Source of the DNA: an uncultured Verrucomicrobiae bacterium
GTDB lineage: Bacteria; Verrucomicrobiota; Verrucomicrobiia; Chthoniobacterales; UBA10450
DNA length: 64,000 nt
NCBI GenBank assembly: GCA_963815455.1
Contig: CAWFGO010000001.1
Location: 384,001 to 448,000, forward strand
Direction: 5' to 3'
Shown: piece after piece, positions 22,470 through 31,948 of the stretch
How the letters are laid out: every line of letters starts with the position of its first letter
Position numbering within the stretch: position 1 is the first letter of the stretch
The notes under the pieces: generated by a model
Database searches by the model: none
What the model saw: the letters and a program-made list of their open reading frames with translations, nothing else
Told to the model about the DNA's origin: nothing
Made by a program: the position numbers and the translations under genes

Positions 22470-23621
22470 ATGTCCGCTCCGCCTGAACCACCCGAAATCC
22501 TTGTTATCGACGACGAAGTCGGTCCGCGCGAAAGCCTGCGGATGCTGCTGAAGCCGGACTACCAGGTTCGCACCGCCGATTGCGTCGAAACAGGCCTTAA
22601 ACTTCTGAAGGAAAAGAACCCGGATACGATTGTCATGGACATCCGAATGCCCGGTATGAGCGGTATCGATGGACTGCGCAAAATCCGCGAGATCGATCCC
22701 CATCTTTCTGTGATCATGCTCACCGGTTTCGGCGCCCTCGAGACGGCCCGGGAAGCGCTTCGGTTGGGCGCTAACGATTACATCAGCAAACCCTTCGATG
22801 CAGGCGAAATGCGCGACGTCATCGATCGCAATGTCGAGCGCACTCGGGTCCACCGCACCGCCGAACACACCGCCGGCGAAATCCAGGAACTCAATAACCG
22901 CCTTCTCAAGGAGCTGGCCCAAAAGGAGCGCCTTGCCTCTCTCGGTCAGGCTTCGGCGGAATTCGTCCACGATCTGGGCAATCCGCTGACCATTGTTTGG
23001 GGCTACGTGCAGCTCTTGGCCAAGAAGCTCGAAAAAACTGACAACGGTGGCGCCGCCGAGAACACCGATTCGATTCGGGAGCTAAACATTATCGAAGAGA
23101 ACGTGCGCCTTTGCCGGGAGCTGCTCACCATGTGGCAAAGCTACGGCAGCGTTGAAGCCTCCCCGCGCAAGCCAATCTCCGTCTCCGAAATTGTCGGCGA
23201 CGTTCTCAAAGGGCTCACCCCGGTCGCAGCCCAAAGCGGCATCGATCTAAAATCCGATGTCTGTACCGATCCCTGCACGCTGCACGGCGACACGGTTCAA
23301 ATCAAGCGAGCGATCCAAAACGTCATCATCAACGCGCTCCAGGCATCCGCCGAGGAAAAAGGACCGGTTTCGGTCACTTGTGTGCGGAAAGATTTCTACG
23401 TCGATATCGTCATTGAAGATACCGGCGCCGGAATAGACCCGGTCCAAATGAACAAGATTTTCGACCCGTATTTTACGACGAAACAGGGCAAGAGCGGAAC
23501 CGGTCTGGGGCTTTATATCACAAAGAAGGTCGTCGAGGACCATAATGGCTCCATCAAGGTGGACAGCACATCCGCGGCGGGAACCGTTTTCACAATTCGC
23601 CTTCCGCTGCTGAACGTTTAG
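22470..23621 (+). CDS. hybrid response regulator-histidine kinase (REC-HisKA-HATPase)
   Basis: LVIDDE, MDIRMPGMSG, YISKPF; FVHDLGNPL; DPYFTTK..GTGLGL. Confidence 0.92.
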   Translation: MSAPPEPPEILVIDDEVGPRESLRMLLKPDYQVRTADCVETGLKLLKEKNPDTIVMDIRMPGMSGIDGLRKIREIDPHLSVIMLTGFGALETAREALRLGANDYISKPFDAGEMRDVIDRNVERTRVHRTAEHTAGEIQELNNRLLKELAQKERLASLGQASAEFVHDLGNPLTIVWGYVQLLAKKLEKTDNGGAAENTDSIRELNIIEENVRLCRELLTMWQSYGSVEASPRKPISVSEIVGDVLKGLTPVAAQSGIDLKSDVCTDPCTLHGDTVQIKRAIQNVIINALQASAEEKGPVSVTCVRKDFYVDIVIEDTGAGIDPVQMNKIFDPYFTTKQGKSGTGLGLYITKKVVEDHNGSIKVDSTSAAGTVFTIRLPLLNV

Positions 23622-23731
23622 TTGCAGCGGCAGTCTCCCACCGTCGCACTTTTGGGAGCAAGGGCTCACCCCTAGCAGTCAGGATCGCGGTTTCACTTGT
23701 CAGTCCTCGTGCGTTTGGTTTCCCTGAACGG

Positions 23732-26008
23732 GTGCAACCCACTTATCAGGTCGCTCCAATCTTTCTGATCCGCCTGCCCGGGTTGTCCTTCGACGCAATC
23801 GAGCAGCTGGCCACGCCTGAAACCATCAAAGCTGCCCGTGCGCTTGCTGTGCACAATGAGCGAGACGCGGACTCCATGGCGCGCCTTCTCGAAACCCTTG
23901 AGAAAGAACTTGGCCCGGCACGGACGGCCCTTTGGCAATCGAGCCGAACTGTGTTGGCGCCCTACCTCATTTTCGCGGTCGGCGGTGTTCGCCAGCTGCT
24001 CTCCCACCTTCTCGACGACCAAGCCGATTACAGCCGGCTGACGCGCCGTAACTCCCGGGCCGGAGATCGGGAACGGCATCTCCTTCTTTATCTTCAGAGA
24101 ATCGCAGCCAAGAACGACACGTTTAGCGAATTTGGACCAACCGGTTGGGGCAAGATCGATTCGTTTAATGCGTCGCCTGCGGCGATGAACGCGATCAAGA
24201 TCGACATCCGGCCCGGGATCGCGAGGCGCAAAGCATTCTTGGAACGCTGGACCGCCCATTCCGTAGCTGCGGCGATGAATGCCGACCCGGCGGTGCGATC
24301 GGAAAGCTCTCCCCGGCTTCATCCGGGCGTCCGAATCGAAGGCGATCAACTTCTCTTTGCCGATACTGGCGAAACAATAAAGCTCGACGCCAGGACGAGC
24401 GAAATTCTTGCCCGATGCAACGGATCGACTCCAGCCCATGCAATTGGCGTCGATCTGAATGTGCTCGACGACTTGGACAAACGAAAAATGATTCTTTGGG
24501 AAGTCGAGGTCCCGGCTCTCGATCCACATCCTTTCGACACGCTCGTCGCCGATGTCCAAAATTGGCGGGAAAGCCCGGTGCGAGAAAAGTGGCTCGGGCA
24601 ACTTCAACCAATTGCCGCGTTGCCAGAAAGTATTATCCGGGCAAGCGGGCCGGCTGCCCGCTTGGAAATCATGAATGAATCGGCGCAACGCTTGCAGGGC
24701 ATTGGCGTTGCGCACACGACATCGTCCAACCGGTATCTGTATTCGGCGAAAAATCCGATTGGCGAAGAATGTTTCCGCGAATGCGGTTTCTCTGTTAGTC
24801 AGGACTTGATCGACGAAGTTGCGGTAGAGGCCGCTCCCTGGATCGATTTTTGGCGCGATTCCTACGCCTTCATTGCCGGTCGCGTCGCTGCCGATCTGCG
24901 CCGCGTTTTGGAAAAAAATCGAAGCACTGCCATGCCGCTGCCCGCCTTTCTGAAATTATGCGAAGCAGCAAAACGTCCCCTCACCGGTCCGGGCCTGATT
25001 GCTCCCGCCGCGATCGCGTTCCAGGAAATCAAAACCGCCTTTCGCCAACGAATGCGCCCTCAGGCCGATGCCGCCGAGTACACGCTTACACCAGCCGATT
25101 GCCACATTGTGCGCGATAATTTTGAATACGAAAAATTCGATGAATACACTTATCCGTCGGCCGATTTGCAACTCGCCGCAAAATCAACGGAAGCGGTAAG
25201 CCGCGGCGAATATCAATGGGTTCTGGCCGAGCTGCATCCTCCCGTTGCTCTCCTGCAACATTGCATGTACTGGGCTTGCCCCGATAAACCCGCTCTTACT
25301 CGCGCCCTCCTCCGCACAACCTGCCACCGGCCAAATTTTTATTTTGGATTTTTCGCCACCGATTTTACTGCCCACACAGCAATCCGTTTTTTCGACGCAG
25401 TTCCAGGGGTCACAAACTTTGTCGCGCCTCAACGGGGGAATCCGGCGTGGAAAACTGTTTCGCCCTCGCAAGCGGAAGTTTATGTCGATGCACCTAGTGG
25501 CGACGTTTGTCTGCGGAAAATCGGAGCCGGTGAATATCTCGGTTCGTTCTCCCGCAACTGGATTATCTCGCTCGGTTTTCATCCGTTCCAATTCGGGATG
25601 TCGCCGCATACGCCGCGGTTGCGCTGTGGGAACGTAATCGTGCAACGCCGGACGTGGACCGTGACTCTGGATGAACTCGGCGCCGGCAATTTCAAGGGCA
25701 TTTCGCGCGACCTGGTTCTCGCGATTGAGCGCCTACGCGCCCAGCGCGATTTGCCACGTTACATTTACATTCGCCCGACCGAGCAGGCACTTCGCCGCAG
25801 CGGCGCGGAAGGCCGCGACAAGGACACCAAACCGGTGTTTGTCGATCTTGAGAGCTACCTATTCCTGGAAATTTTCCAACGCTGGCTGACCAAATCCAGC
25901 GAGATCGAAGTCACCGAAATGTTGCCCGATCCGGATCATTTGTTGTGGAAGGAACCGGATGGAAGACGCACCTTCGAGCTGCGAACACTCATCGTCCCGC
26001 GCTCATGA
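23732..26008 (+). CDS. short LanB / peptide aminoacyl-tRNA ligase (PEARL)-like protein, glutamylation domain only
   Basis: YLQRIAAKNDTFSEFGP, PSADLQL, WVLAELH, HTPRL..GNVIVQRRTW, KPVFVD, EMLPDPDHLLW...GRRTFELR; 758 aa with no elimination domain. Confidence 0.8.
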   Translation: MQPTYQVAPIFLIRLPGLSFDAIEQLATPETIKAARALAVHNERDADSMARLLETLEKELGPARTALWQSSRTVLAPYLIFAVGGVRQLLSHLLDDQADYSRLTRRNSRAGDRERHLLLYLQRIAAKNDTFSEFGPTGWGKIDSFNASPAAMNAIKIDIRPGIARRKAFLERWTAHSVAAAMNADPAVRSESSPRLHPGVRIEGDQLLFADTGETIKLDARTSEILARCNGSTPAHAIGVDLNVLDDLDKRKMILWEVEVPALDPHPFDTLVADVQNWRESPVREKWLGQLQPIAALPESIIRASGPAARLEIMNESAQRLQGIGVAHTTSSNRYLYSAKNPIGEECFRECGFSVSQDLIDEVAVEAAPWIDFWRDSYAFIAGRVAADLRRVLEKNRSTAMPLPAFLKLCEAAKRPLTGPGLIAPAAIAFQEIKTAFRQRMRPQADAAEYTLTPADCHIVRDNFEYEKFDEYTYPSADLQLAAKSTEAVSRGEYQWVLAELHPPVALLQHCMYWACPDKPALTRALLRTTCHRPNFYFGFFATDFTAHTAIRFFDAVPGVTNFVAPQRGNPAWKTVSPSQAEVYVDAPSGDVCLRKIGAGEYLGSFSRNWIISLGFHPFQFGMSPHTPRLRCGNVIVQRRTWTVTLDELGAGNFKGISRDLVLAIERLRAQRDLPRYIYIRPTEQALRRSGAEGRDKDTKPVFVDLESYLFLEIFQRWLTKSSEIEVTEMLPDPDHLLWKEPDGRRTFELRTLIVPRS

Positions 26009-26030
26009 AAATAATCGCCATCACTGACTC

Positions 26031-26160
26031 CGGGGAGCACACGCGCCCTCGCGTGTCCTTTTTGGCGCCCCCGCCAAAAAGATTTGTGCACGTGATCACG
26101 GAAAAAGTTCGCGCTGGCGAGAGCGCCATCGCCGGCACTCGAGGGCGCGTGCTCTCCCCG
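26031..26160. repeat. palindromic element (CGGGGAG...CTCCCCG, family C)
   Basis: cggggagcacacgcgccctcgcgtg / cactcgagggcgcgtgctctccccg; a half copy lies near 8222-8240. Confidence 0.8.
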
Positions 26161-26162
26161 AA

Positions 26163-26938
26163 ATGAAGATCATCGCCATCGCAAATCAAAAAGGCGGCGT
26201 CGGCAAAACGACCACGGCCGTCAATCTCGGGTGCGCCCTGGCCGAGCTGGGCCAGCGCATTCTGCTGGTCGATCTCGATCCGCAGGCGAACGCCACCAGC
26301 TCGTTTGGCTTGCAGGGATTGGACGGGACGAGCCTTTACGAACCGCTTCTTGGCGAGGCATCCATCATCGACAAAATTGTGCCGACGCGATGTGAACGCT
26401 TGTTCATCGTGCCGGCCGATCTCGATCTTGCCGGCGCCGAAATCGAGATCGCGCGCATGGAAAATCATCTCACCCGCCTGGCCGAAACGCTGAGGCCGCT
26501 GCGCGCCGACGATACCTTCGATTTCGTTCTGCTCGATTGCCCGCCGTCGTTAGGCATCTTAATGACCAACGCCCTCGCCGCCGCCGACGAACTTCTCACG
26601 CCGATTCAATGCGAGTATTTCGCGCTCGAAGGACTTGTCAAAATCGTCCGCGTAGTCGAGCAGATCCGCGACTCCGGCGCGAACGATCGGATCGAAATCG
26701 GCGGCATTGTCATGACCATGTTCGACAGCCGCACCAATCTGAGCGCACAGGTCGTCGCCGAAGTGCGACAGCATTTCGGTCCGCGTGTTTATGCAACCGT
26801 AATTCCACGCACCGTTCGCCTGAGTGAAGCGCCCAGCTTCGGTCAATCCGTTCTCGAATATGCCCCAGTGGAACCGGCGCCGCCGCCTATCGCGCCCTGG
26901 CCAAAGAGTTCCTAAAACGACACGCCACTTCTGTGTAG
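26163..26938 (+). CDS. parA: ParA/Soj family ATPase (frameshift near 26866)
   Basis: ANQKGGVGKTTT, DLDPQANAT, DCPPSLG, PIQCEYFALEG; C-terminus AYRALAKEFLKRHATSV* in another frame. Confidence 0.92.
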
Positions 26939-27002
26939 CGGCGGTCTCCGACCGTCGCATTATTTGCCGAGAAAATTCCACCGACAGTCGGAGGCCGCTA
27001 CA
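26934..27002. repeat. family A REP doublet
   Basis: Left arm TGTAGCGGCGGTCTCCGACCGTCG is identical to that of the 2555-2631 copy. Confidence 0.85.
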
Positions 27003-27028
27003 GTAACATGCTGATTTTGTGGTCGAGC

Positions 27029-27510
27029 CTAGGACTTTGGCGAAGCTTCGGGAGCAGCAGCCGGTGAAGCCTCAGCTTTTTCTTTCTTCGTTTTCTTCGC
27101 CTTTTTCTCGCCGCTTGTCATCGCGCCGATCTTTACGGTCTTGGCCTCGAGGCTGTTGTCAGCGGCTTTCCAATAAGCACCGCTCACCTCTTCGTTTTGC
27201 ACAATGTCGTTCATCGTCGCCGCAGCCGCACCTTTGGTGATCGCGGTCTTGTCTGTGACTTTGAAGACGCGCGTGGCTTTCTTCCCAGTGATGGTAAACG
27301 TCTTCCCGCTCTGATCCACGGCCGGACCATCCCGTGGAACGGAATGGGCCTTGGCACTTTGGTCGCCGCTGCTGCCGGCGAGGCGGACGCAGCAGGCACA
27401 GCCGAAGAGGCAGCGTCCGCTTTTTTCTTGCCCGCAGCCGATAAACTGAGTGGCGCGAACGCCAGAGCCGCAACACAGGCCACCGCGATGAGTTGTGATT
27501 GATGTTTCAT
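27029..27510 (-). CDS. secreted Lys/Ala-rich small beta-barrel-like protein (frameshift near 27322)
   Basis: Signal peptide MKHQSQLIAVACVAALAFAP; PFHGMV..VDQSGKTFTI...EAKTVKIG. Confidence 0.7.
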
Positions 27511-27629
27511 AATTTTGGGTTTGTTAGTTTCGGGATCGACACCGACCCCGGATGCAGGACGAGGTCAGGTGCGTTCTCTTTATAGGTCTAGCGAGTCCGG
27601 CCGCCGAAGGCAATCGCTTTTCCCTTTGC

Positions 27630-27677
27630 GTGGCATCGGCATCCTGCCGATGATCATGGGCTGGAAGCCCATGCCAC
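27630..27677. repeat. GTGGC...GCCAC double-hairpin repeat (family B)
   Basis: gtggcatcggcatcctgccgatg-at-catgggctggaagcccatgccac. Confidence 0.85.
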
Positions 27678-27975
27678 TCTTCATCCCCTGTTGAACAATT
27701 AGATTTCGCTGCCGCGAAATTGGTGGCAGGCCGAGTCGAAGCTCGCTGCGTTGGCGTGGCAAATCAAAACGTGTCCGCCTTCACCGAAGTTACGGCGCGA
27801 CAGTCCACGCTCTCCACTACGCTGCGAGCGAAGACTGGAGGTAAGGGGATTATCCAGCGCTGCGCGTTCGCTCGGGGTTTGAGCTTCGCTCTTAACCCTT
27901 GCGCGTTATGCGCCCCACCAGTCGAACAAGATTCTCATCCCCTACGAAAACAAATGGATTTCGCTGACGCTAAAT

Positions 27976-28051
27976 TGGTGGAGGTAAGGGGATTCGAACC
28001 CCTGACCTTCTCATTGCGAACGAGACGCTCTACCAACTGAGCTATACCCCC
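27976..28051 (-). tRNA. tRNA-Ala (anticodon CGC), CCA encoded
   Basis: Reverse complement GGGGGTATAGCTCAGTTGGTAGAGCGTCTCGTTCGCAATGAGAAGGTCAGGGGTTCGAATCCCCTTACCTCCACCA; G3:U70 pair. Confidence 0.97.
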
Positions 28052-28287
28052 AAAGTCTTTCGACCGCCGAGCTTTAAGGTGCAGAATTCGGACTGCATTT
28101 CAACTGGCACCCCACCCGTTTTGCCCCCCTGATGATTTTCGGAAAGTCCACTTCTGTCCAGAAAAGTCTGGGCTGAACCTGAGCGGGCTTCCCTCGACTC
28201 GCTGACACTTGCATGGACGAGTTCAACGCGTGATGTCTTTAGTCACGCGCTCCGATCTGACACTTTAATGAGTGCGTAGATGATTTG

Positions 28288-28867
28288 ATGAGCACGACGA
28301 AGCCCGATGATTTGCAAGCAGTGCGGACATTGTTGAGGCACTACAGCCATTCGATGAGCTCGAACGAGATCGAATAGTTCGCTCGGCACGGGAGAAGTGG
28401 GATATCCCATTCTCCTTCGGTAACGGCTACCAGTGCGCCGGCCATCGTGTCTGGAGGAGCGGCCAGTCCTCCTGCCACCGATGGTGGGCAAGACATTTCT
28501 TCCTTCGTGACGAAGAAGGATCCCAAAAGCGACGTCCACTTCGCTGCGACAGTGGCGTATTACTATCAATTTGTCGCACCCACCTGAAAGAAAGGCCGCG
28601 ATCACAAAAGAGGATCTCATCGACGCCTGCAGAAAAGCGCCACGCAAGCGACCGAAAAGGCCTGCACAGGTGTTAGTGAACGCGTACCACAATGGCTTAT
28701 TGGACAGAGGCGAGAGAGGCCAGTACAGGCTAAACTCAGTCGGTGAGAATTTGGTAGCCATGGTTTTGCCTGGAGGCAGCACCACAGCGAAGCCAGTGAC
28801 GAAGGGTGCTCGCAAACGTTCATCACGAAAAGCCAATGCCCCAAAATGCGCCGCTCCGCTGGCGTGA
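28288..28867 (+). CDS. hypothetical protein with probable C-terminal winged helix (frameshifted)
   Basis: Reconstructed MSTTKPDDLQAVR.IVEALQPFD...KDPKSDVHFAATVAYYYQFVAP...GQYRLNSVGENLVAMVLPG. Confidence 0.6.
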
Positions 28868-28914
28868 AGCGCGCATAGGGACAAGCCAATGCAAGACGCA
28901 GCGGCACGCTCGAT

Positions 28915-29678
28915 ATGGCCATCGATGCTGTGACGAGGCTAAGAGGCACCCTCCGCAAGCGAAGGGGTCACCAAGTAGAAGTGCGGACGAACAGATGCTT
29001 GTCAAGGCAACTACAAGCATGGTTCAGATCGCAAAGACCAGCCCTACTTGCCCTATCAAGCGAACAACTCTTCCAACAAGTTGATGCCGCCTTTGCGGCT
29101 CTGCTCGAATACTCAGATATCGGCACGGTTCGAGATAAGTACATAAACCATCTGGCAACCCTTGGGCTGATCTTGTTCGGCTTAGGTCCCAAACCGTGCT
29201 CGCACTTCCAACCCAATCCGTGCAGCAGCCAGATTTCAAGAGGTTAATAAGTGACTCAATGATGGTAGCGATCCTGGAGCGTCGTTGGACCGAAATTCTC
29301 GCCTGCCTGCAAGCAGGAGCTGATTTAGCTGCCACTGTAATGATGGGCGGACTCTTGGAAGCACTATGCCTCGCGCGCGTGAACAGACTCTCGGATTTAA
29401 AGCCGGTGTTCACCGCGACCGCTGCGCCGAAAGACAAAGCAGGGAAGCCTCGACCGTTAAAAGAATGGGGCCTCAAAGATTTCTTGGACGTAGCCAACGA
29501 ATTAGGATGGATACGTCGATCAGCAAAAGATGTAGGGGCGGGGACCGCGAGATTACCGAAACTATATACATCCCGAAATGGAGCGATCACATGGAATCTC
29601 GATTAACAGTGACGACTCCAAATGTTCTTCAGCGTGCTTTCAGCTCTAGCTGATCAGATTATAGCGAGTGTAAAATAG
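28915..29678 (+). CDS. HEPN/DUF4145-like putative nuclease (frameshifted)
   Basis: AATVMMGGLLEAL, WGLKDFLDVANELGWI, then RDYRNYIHP at 29548-29574 in a shifted frame; both ends approximate. Confidence 0.6.
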
Positions 29679-29798
29679 GCTCTCGCGCGCACAATTTCAG
29701 TTCTTGCGTGCGACTTCGCATCGAACGCGGTGACCTTCTGGAAGGTTCTTTGCTGGCCCCTGAATGATCTGCTGTGAGTCCATTCTTGTCCAGAAAAG

Positions 29799-31844
29799 TC
29801 ATGGTTGAATGATGTGTAGCTCCTTGCTTTTGCGGTTAGATCTCACGCGCCCATTGGCGAAGGAAGAGGTTAGTCGCGACGCGACCTCCCGTTGAACAGA
29901 ATCAAGAGCGCCGCTCGCCACTGCAGTGTAGGGATCCCGGGGGCCGATCACGAAGTCCATTCCCCACGGCTCGTTACGCACACTCATGTCCGAAGCGCAT
30001 CCTGCCAGCGCTTGTTGGGCGGGCCATTGAAGATCACTTTATCCATCCGGGGCGTGACGCTCGCGGCCATTGACAGACGCGTTTCGCTCGGCGTTTAGCT
30101 CGAGAAGCATGGGACGGAGAAACCATAGGGTAGGGTTTTTTGATCGAGTTATCAACCTTGGTCCCGTCAGGCAGCAACAGAAACGGAAGGAAAACGCATC
30201 ATCAGCTCACTGTTGATACCAGGTCCATCGATGCCCTTCGGCGATCTGGGCGTCGTGTCGCCGTGAAGGAACGCGTCATTGCGGTTGAAGCCATAATCGG
30301 GGGACTGGTTCAGGAATGTCGGGAATCGAGGCAGCATTGTCCTCGCCGACGAAAGCCTTCGCAGGCTGATCCGGCGGGTGACCTTGTTGAATACTCCAGT
30401 GAATTTCCTTCACGGAGAAGCCTTCCTCCATCTCAAGAGGAGCTGCCCGCCACACGACATGAGTCCCGAGTGGTCCGCTGGCGCACGCGAAAAGCGGCGT
30501 CGCCGCCGATTGTTAAATGGCCAACCGCGATCTTGCGGCCGACAAGGGGCATATCAGAATAGCCTTCCGTCGTGCCGAAGCTGTCGTGAACAGCCCACTG
30601 GAAATAATCGTCCAGATCGCCGGTGACTTTCCACGACGTAGTCCTGGCGTCGCCTGCGCTTGTGGCACCTGCACCGGACCTACTATCTGAGTAGTTCGGA
30701 CGGGCTCAGCGCCCTGGGTAGGGACAAACTCTACAGGATCGAGAGAGATGAGGATTCCTCCGATGGTCGCAACGGACTCGCCGGTAAAACCAATCGTGAG
30801 CTGGCCGCCGTGCAATCGCACGACGCCGTCGTGCAGGTAGTCGCTGTCGCTGTCAACGGAGGCGCCAGCGGGGCACACGATACTGACGTCGACATGCTGT
30901 CTGCGGTGTACCGTCCGTGGGAGGTTCCTCACGGCGAATTCGGCAGGGCGTTGTTGCATGGGGGTATTAACAGTCGGCGATATGAGCTCGATCACTTTGC
31001 CGAAGCCCGCTCGGCAACATGACCTGGGCAATCGCTCGCGATCGGCGTCCACATTTGCAGACCCTCGCGCCGCACAGTCAGGTCTAGGTGCGCGGTGGTG
31101 GATTGGTTCACCACCGGCAGCTGGTAGACGTTCATTGTGTCGGTCGTAACAATCTGCTGAAGCTTGGTCTCCGCCGAAAAACAGTTCTGATGGAACGGCG
31201 TTGAGGGTGGTCCCTTCAAGCACGACCGTGCTCCCGGAGACCGCGACCTCAGGGTAATAGCTGGTGACCTTGAAGGGCCTCCACAAGCGCGACTCAGCGA
31301 TGCTGTCGCCGGGCCTGATCCCGGCGATGCCGTCATTGACTCCCCTGGCCGCCTGGAAAATGGACGTTATCTTTTTCCGGAGGATGTCGGCACTTGTGCT
31401 TTGAATCTTGATCTTCGGAGGGCTGGGATTGATCACCGGTGTGCGCTCGGGCAACCCGGACCCGCCGATGCGCGCGAAGGCCTTGACGGTCAGCGGAAGC
31501 GTGAACTTGACCACTTTTTCACCGTCGAGGAGTTGCACGGCATAGGCGCCCGACGGTGGGAGCACTTTGGTTTCGATCGAGACACTCAGTATCTTTGCGC
31601 CGGGGTCGAATTGAGTTTTGCACGTGAAAGCGCTTTGCCCCCCTTCGTTGCGGACGACCGCCGCGGAGACGACGTTCTTTAGCTCCGCCGGGCCTGTGAC
31701 GTTAAACGAAAATCGCCCGGCCGAGGGCATGGTACAGACATAGACTAGGTTCTTAGGCTTGGTCGTTAGCTGCGCCTGCGCGTGTGAAGTGCAACTGAGG
31801 ACCGCGACGTAGGCCGCAACGACGAAGAATGTTTTGGTTTTCAT
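29799..31844 (-). CDS. secreted beta-rich hypothetical protein (frameshifted, 3' end approximate)
   Basis: Signal peptide MKTKTFFVVAAYVAVLSCTSHAQA; IPT/Ig-like segment VTSYYPEVAVSGSTVVLEG. Confidence 0.55.
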
Positions 31845-31948
31845 AGTTAGTGGATCTTGACGAGGAGAAGGCTTTCTCAAAGCGAGGGAATGGCGAGTGC
31901 CGATAAGTTCCGCTACAGGCTCCCGCTCAGATGCGATCACTTCAGAGA

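Noticed and set aside
26005..26166. 53 aa ORF after the PEARL-like gene as its precursor peptide
   Set aside because: It is almost entirely a palindromic repeat plus a duplicated parA start, and lacks the acidic character of known PEARL scaffold peptides.
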